A stretch of 64,000 nucleotides of DNA from a virus (lineage: Duplodnaviria > Caudoviricetes), in IMG/VR virus record IMGVR_UViG_2837005551_000010, positions 332 to 64,331 of that record; one strand, given 5' to 3'. This document shows, one piece after another, positions 61,752 to 64,000 of this stretch. Below the pieces are notes generated by a model, which did no database searches, was not told where the DNA came from, and saw nothing but the letters and a program-made list of their open reading frames with translations. Position 1 is the first letter of the stretch. Each line of letters starts with the position of its first letter. The translations under genes were made by a program, and so were the position numbers.

Positions 61752-62285
61752 ATGAAGAACCTTGTTATAATCGTGGTATCACTTGCCTCTCTCATGCTTT
61801 CCGGGTGCCACTCATCTAAGCAGATGTTACCCTCAACGCCCGTCATTGTCAACAATACGGATAGCGTCAGGATTGAATATATCGAGACCGTCAGGATTGA
61901 TACCGTTACCATTGAGGTGCCGGTTCCGATGGAATCAGCAAAGCAGGTAGTGCCGGATAGCACGAGCCACCTTGAAACATCTCTCGCCGAGTCCGACGCT
62001 TGGATAAATGAAGATGGTACACTCGGCCACTCGATCAAGAACAAGGAGCAGAAACTGAAAGCCGATGTGCCGGTGCCTGTCAAGGATACAAAGACCAACA
62101 ACACCGAGGCAACAGTCAGAGAGGTGCCTGTTCCTTATCCCGAGCCGGTGTATATCGAGCGTGATTTCTCAAAATGGGAATCGTTCCGGCTTGATGCGTT
62201 CTGGTATCTTGTGGGATTAGTTTTGATTTCTTTAGGCTGGATTCTACGAAAGCCTTTGATTACTGCCATTAGGAAATGCTTATAG
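61752..62285 (+). CDS. Spanin-like lipoprotein with C-terminal TM helix (u-spanin architecture)
   Basis: MKNLVIIVVSLASLMLSGC lipobox; C-terminal WYLVGLVLISLGWIL; follows the endolysin. Confidence 0.7.
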   Translation: MKNLVIIVVSLASLMLSGCHSSKQMLPSTPVIVNNTDSVRIEYIETVRIDTVTIEVPVPMESAKQVVPDSTSHLETSLAESDAWINEDGTLGHSIKNKEQKLKADVPVPVKDTKTNNTEATVREVPVPYPEPVYIERDFSKWESFRLDAFWYLVGLVLISLGWILRKPLITAIRKCL

Positions 62286-62303
62286 CAATTTTGATTATGT
62301 GTG

Positions 62304-62335
62304 AAAAGAGCCACGTTGTGAAACGCGGCTCTTTT
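62304..62335. terminator. Bidirectional intrinsic terminator ending the lysis operon
   Basis: AAAAGAGCCACGTT-GTGA-AACGCGGCTCTTTT. Confidence 0.75.
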
Positions 62336-62442
62336 GCTATGCGAACTTTTAAGAATGTCGTTAGTAATTGGTAGTGGAGCGTCTTTGATGATGTAAATTG
62401 ATGATGTGTGACGCTCCGGGCTGTCGAGATGGCAGCCCTTTT

Positions 62443-62709
62443 TTATTTGGCGAGTGATAGACCGTGATAGGCGAGGAATTTTTCAAGCGTCTCAACTGAG
62501 ATCCTGCCGAGTTGATTAATTTTTCTCAACCCTTTGGCGGTTTGATTTACCAAATCGCCGAGTGTTCTGATTCCTGCTTTTTCAAGAGGGCAAAGGATGC
62601 GTAGGGAGATGTCAAACTCTACAAGGTGAGCTTTCAGCAACCTCTCCATGTGGAGCCTCGGCTCATCGTATTTGTCAAATTCATTGCTTGTGGAGGGAGT
62701 GTCAAACAT
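62443..62709 (-). CDS. RNA polymerase alpha-subunit C-terminal-domain-like protein
   Basis: LVEFDISLRILCPLEKAGIRTLGDLV...LRKINQLGRISVETLEKFLAYHGLSL parallels the alpha-CTD HhH pattern. Confidence 0.8.
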   Translation of the reverse strand: MFDTPSTSNEFDKYDEPRLHMERLLKAHLVEFDISLRILCPLEKAGIRTLGDLVNQTAKGLRKINQLGRISVETLEKFLAYHGLSLAK

Positions 62710-62733
62710 GGCTGATTGAATTGATGGGTTAAT

Positions 62734-62761
62734 AAAAAAGCGGAGGGAACCACCCCTCCGC
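62734..62761 (-). terminator. Intrinsic terminator after the integrase gene
   Basis: Minus strand GCGGAGGG-GTGGTT-CCCTCCGC then TTTTTT. Confidence 0.7.
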
Positions 62762-62824
62762 CAAAGTCAAACCAATAAGACCTTTCAGATGGAAAGAACT
62801 TATTGATAATGCAAAGTTAACACT

Positions 62825-64000
62825 TTATTTCAGATTATCCAACACCTGTCGCACGGCTTTTGTAGCTTTATCAGGCGTTACCGAGATATAGGCGTAAAGA
62901 GAGGTGCCGCCTTTGTCAACTCTATGGCCCAGGATATAGTCAATGACACTCTCACTGATGCCGAGGTCAAAGGCGTGCTGGCTGAATGATTTTCGCGCCG
63001 AGTAGAATATGAGTTGTTTGATGCCCGTTATCTCTGCCAACTTGGGCATATTGACATCGAAGAAGTAATGACAGTTTGATTTTCTCTGAAACTCCGTTAC
63101 ACGGATGAAACCATCGGTGCCCTTGTGACGGGCAATAATATCCTTAGCCTCGTCTGGAATACGGAACTCTACAAACTTGTTCATCTTTGGGCGATTCTCG
63201 GTCTTTGTCCTAACGTAGTGGATTGTGTCGGTCTGCTCATTGAAATTGATGTTGAGCAGATCAATCATGTTGATACCGCCAAGATAGTATGAGAGCATGA
63301 AGAGGTCCCGGCATTTCATGATGTTAGGCTTAACGCTCTCTATGTCCCGGATTTTTCTTACCTCATCTACGGAAAGCCAAGATTGGCGAACCTCCATCTT
63401 TGGCAACTCATATCCGGCAAAGGGGTCCACTCGGAACTGCACATAGCCACATCGCTTGGCATAGTTTAGCAAGACCATCAGGAACACGAGATAGTTGCGA
63501 ACAGTAGTGGGTTTCAGCCCGCGTTCACGGAGATACTTGTCGAGTCCCAGGATTGTCCCGTGTGTAATGTTCTCAACAAGCATCTTCTCGCTGAGGTGCC
63601 CGCTGATAGTTTTCCAGATGTTCACATAGCCCTTGTATGTTCCCGGCTTGATGTGGGCGTTATCCATATACTCCTCGTAGATCGATAATAGGGTGCGGTG
63701 CTTATAATTTCCTGCGTTTTTGATTTGGTAAACGAGTTCCGAGCAGGTCAGACCGTTTGTGTATGCCAAATCATCGATCACGCCTTGATAGCGTTGTAGA
63801 AGACCACGGAGTTTGGTATTGAGAATGGCTGCATCCGGTCTTTTGACTATTGAGCCATTCTTAAACTCTTTGAGGGATTCGATTGTGATGTCAGTTACTA
63901 TGTAGCGAGTTTCTCCATTGTGCGCCACTGAGATTCTGACCTTATGCCGACCACCCTTGAGGACTTTCGCCGGCACAATAACTGCGTTCAAGATTGCCAT
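62825..64000 (-). CDS. int: Tyrosine integrase (Bacteroidetes type, arm-binding and SAM-like domains)
   Basis: N-terminal RISVAHNGETRYIVT, core RDLFMLSYYLGGINMIDL, YVRTKT, FYSARKSF, ILGH, C-terminal Tyr. Confidence 0.9.
   Translation of the reverse strand: MAILNAVIVPAKVLKGGRHKVRISVAHNGETRYIVTDITIESLKEFKNGSIVKRPDAAILNTKLRGLLQRYQGVIDDLAYTNGLTCSELVYQIKNAGNYKHRTLLSIYEEYMDNAHIKPGTYKGYVNIWKTISGHLSEKMLVENITHGTILGLDKYLRERGLKPTTVRNYLVFLMVLLNYAKRCGYVQFRVDPFAGYELPKMEVRQSWLSVDEVRKIRDIESVKPNIMKCRDLFMLSYYLGGINMIDLLNINFNEQTDTIHYVRTKTENRPKMNKFVEFRIPDEAKDIIARHKGTDGFIRVTEFQRKSNCHYFFDVNMPKLAEITGIKQLIFYSARKSFSQHAFDLGISESVIDYILGHRVDKGGTSLYAYISVTPDKATKAVRQVLDNLK

Larger units (their letters stand above)
1..64000. 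mobile_element. Temperate tailed phage / prophage (siphovirus-like, probable Bacteroidales host); ends probably lie just outside the window
   Basis: Colinear repressor, recombination, replication, terminase, portal, protease, capsid, tape measure, tail, lysis and integrase genes; no host housekeeping genes seen. Confidence 0.95.

Noticed and set aside
999-62104. Numerous minus-strand and alternate-frame ORFs in the track (e.g. 10209-11048, 26888-27604, 31348-32127, 34536-35285, 56159-56923)
   Set aside because: They shadow well-supported + strand genes and show no recognisable motifs
62286-62825. Assigning an att core near the integrase 3' end
   Set aside because: No second copy of a core or host junction is visible in the window; att sites cannot be placed without flanking sequence
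1-64000. Stop-codon reassignment supported by phage tRNAs
   Set aside because: Genes are full length in code 11, use all three stops with coupled junctions, and none of the tRNA-like RNAs has a suppressor anticodon

Overview
The window is almost entirely one temperate tailed phage or prophage of about 64 kb with a probable Bacteroidales host, judged from TTTG-N20-TAnnTTTG promoters, Bacteroidetes-type phage protein families and the integrase type. From left to right it carries: an immunity region (CI-like repressor, a co-transcribed lipoprotein truncated at the left edge, two operators over the lytic promoter); an early region with four tRNA-shaped RNAs whose anticodon arms are all non-canonical; recombination and replication genes; a ParB-MutS_I fusion and a helicase-methyltransferase; two candidate DNA/nucleotide-modification cassettes; many small accessory ORFs; HK97-like head genes and long-tail genes; a diversity-generating retroelement (DGR); lysis genes; an RNAP alpha-CTD-like gene; and a tyrosine integrase ending at the right edge. 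The DGR targets a 2786-aa tail adhesin and has an unusual extra, independently diversified, silent variable-repeat cassette in a 312-bp tandem duplication. Three distinct, exactly spaced promoter classes can be read from the sequence. All protein family calls come from motif recognition by eye, not database searches; RNA folds are manual.
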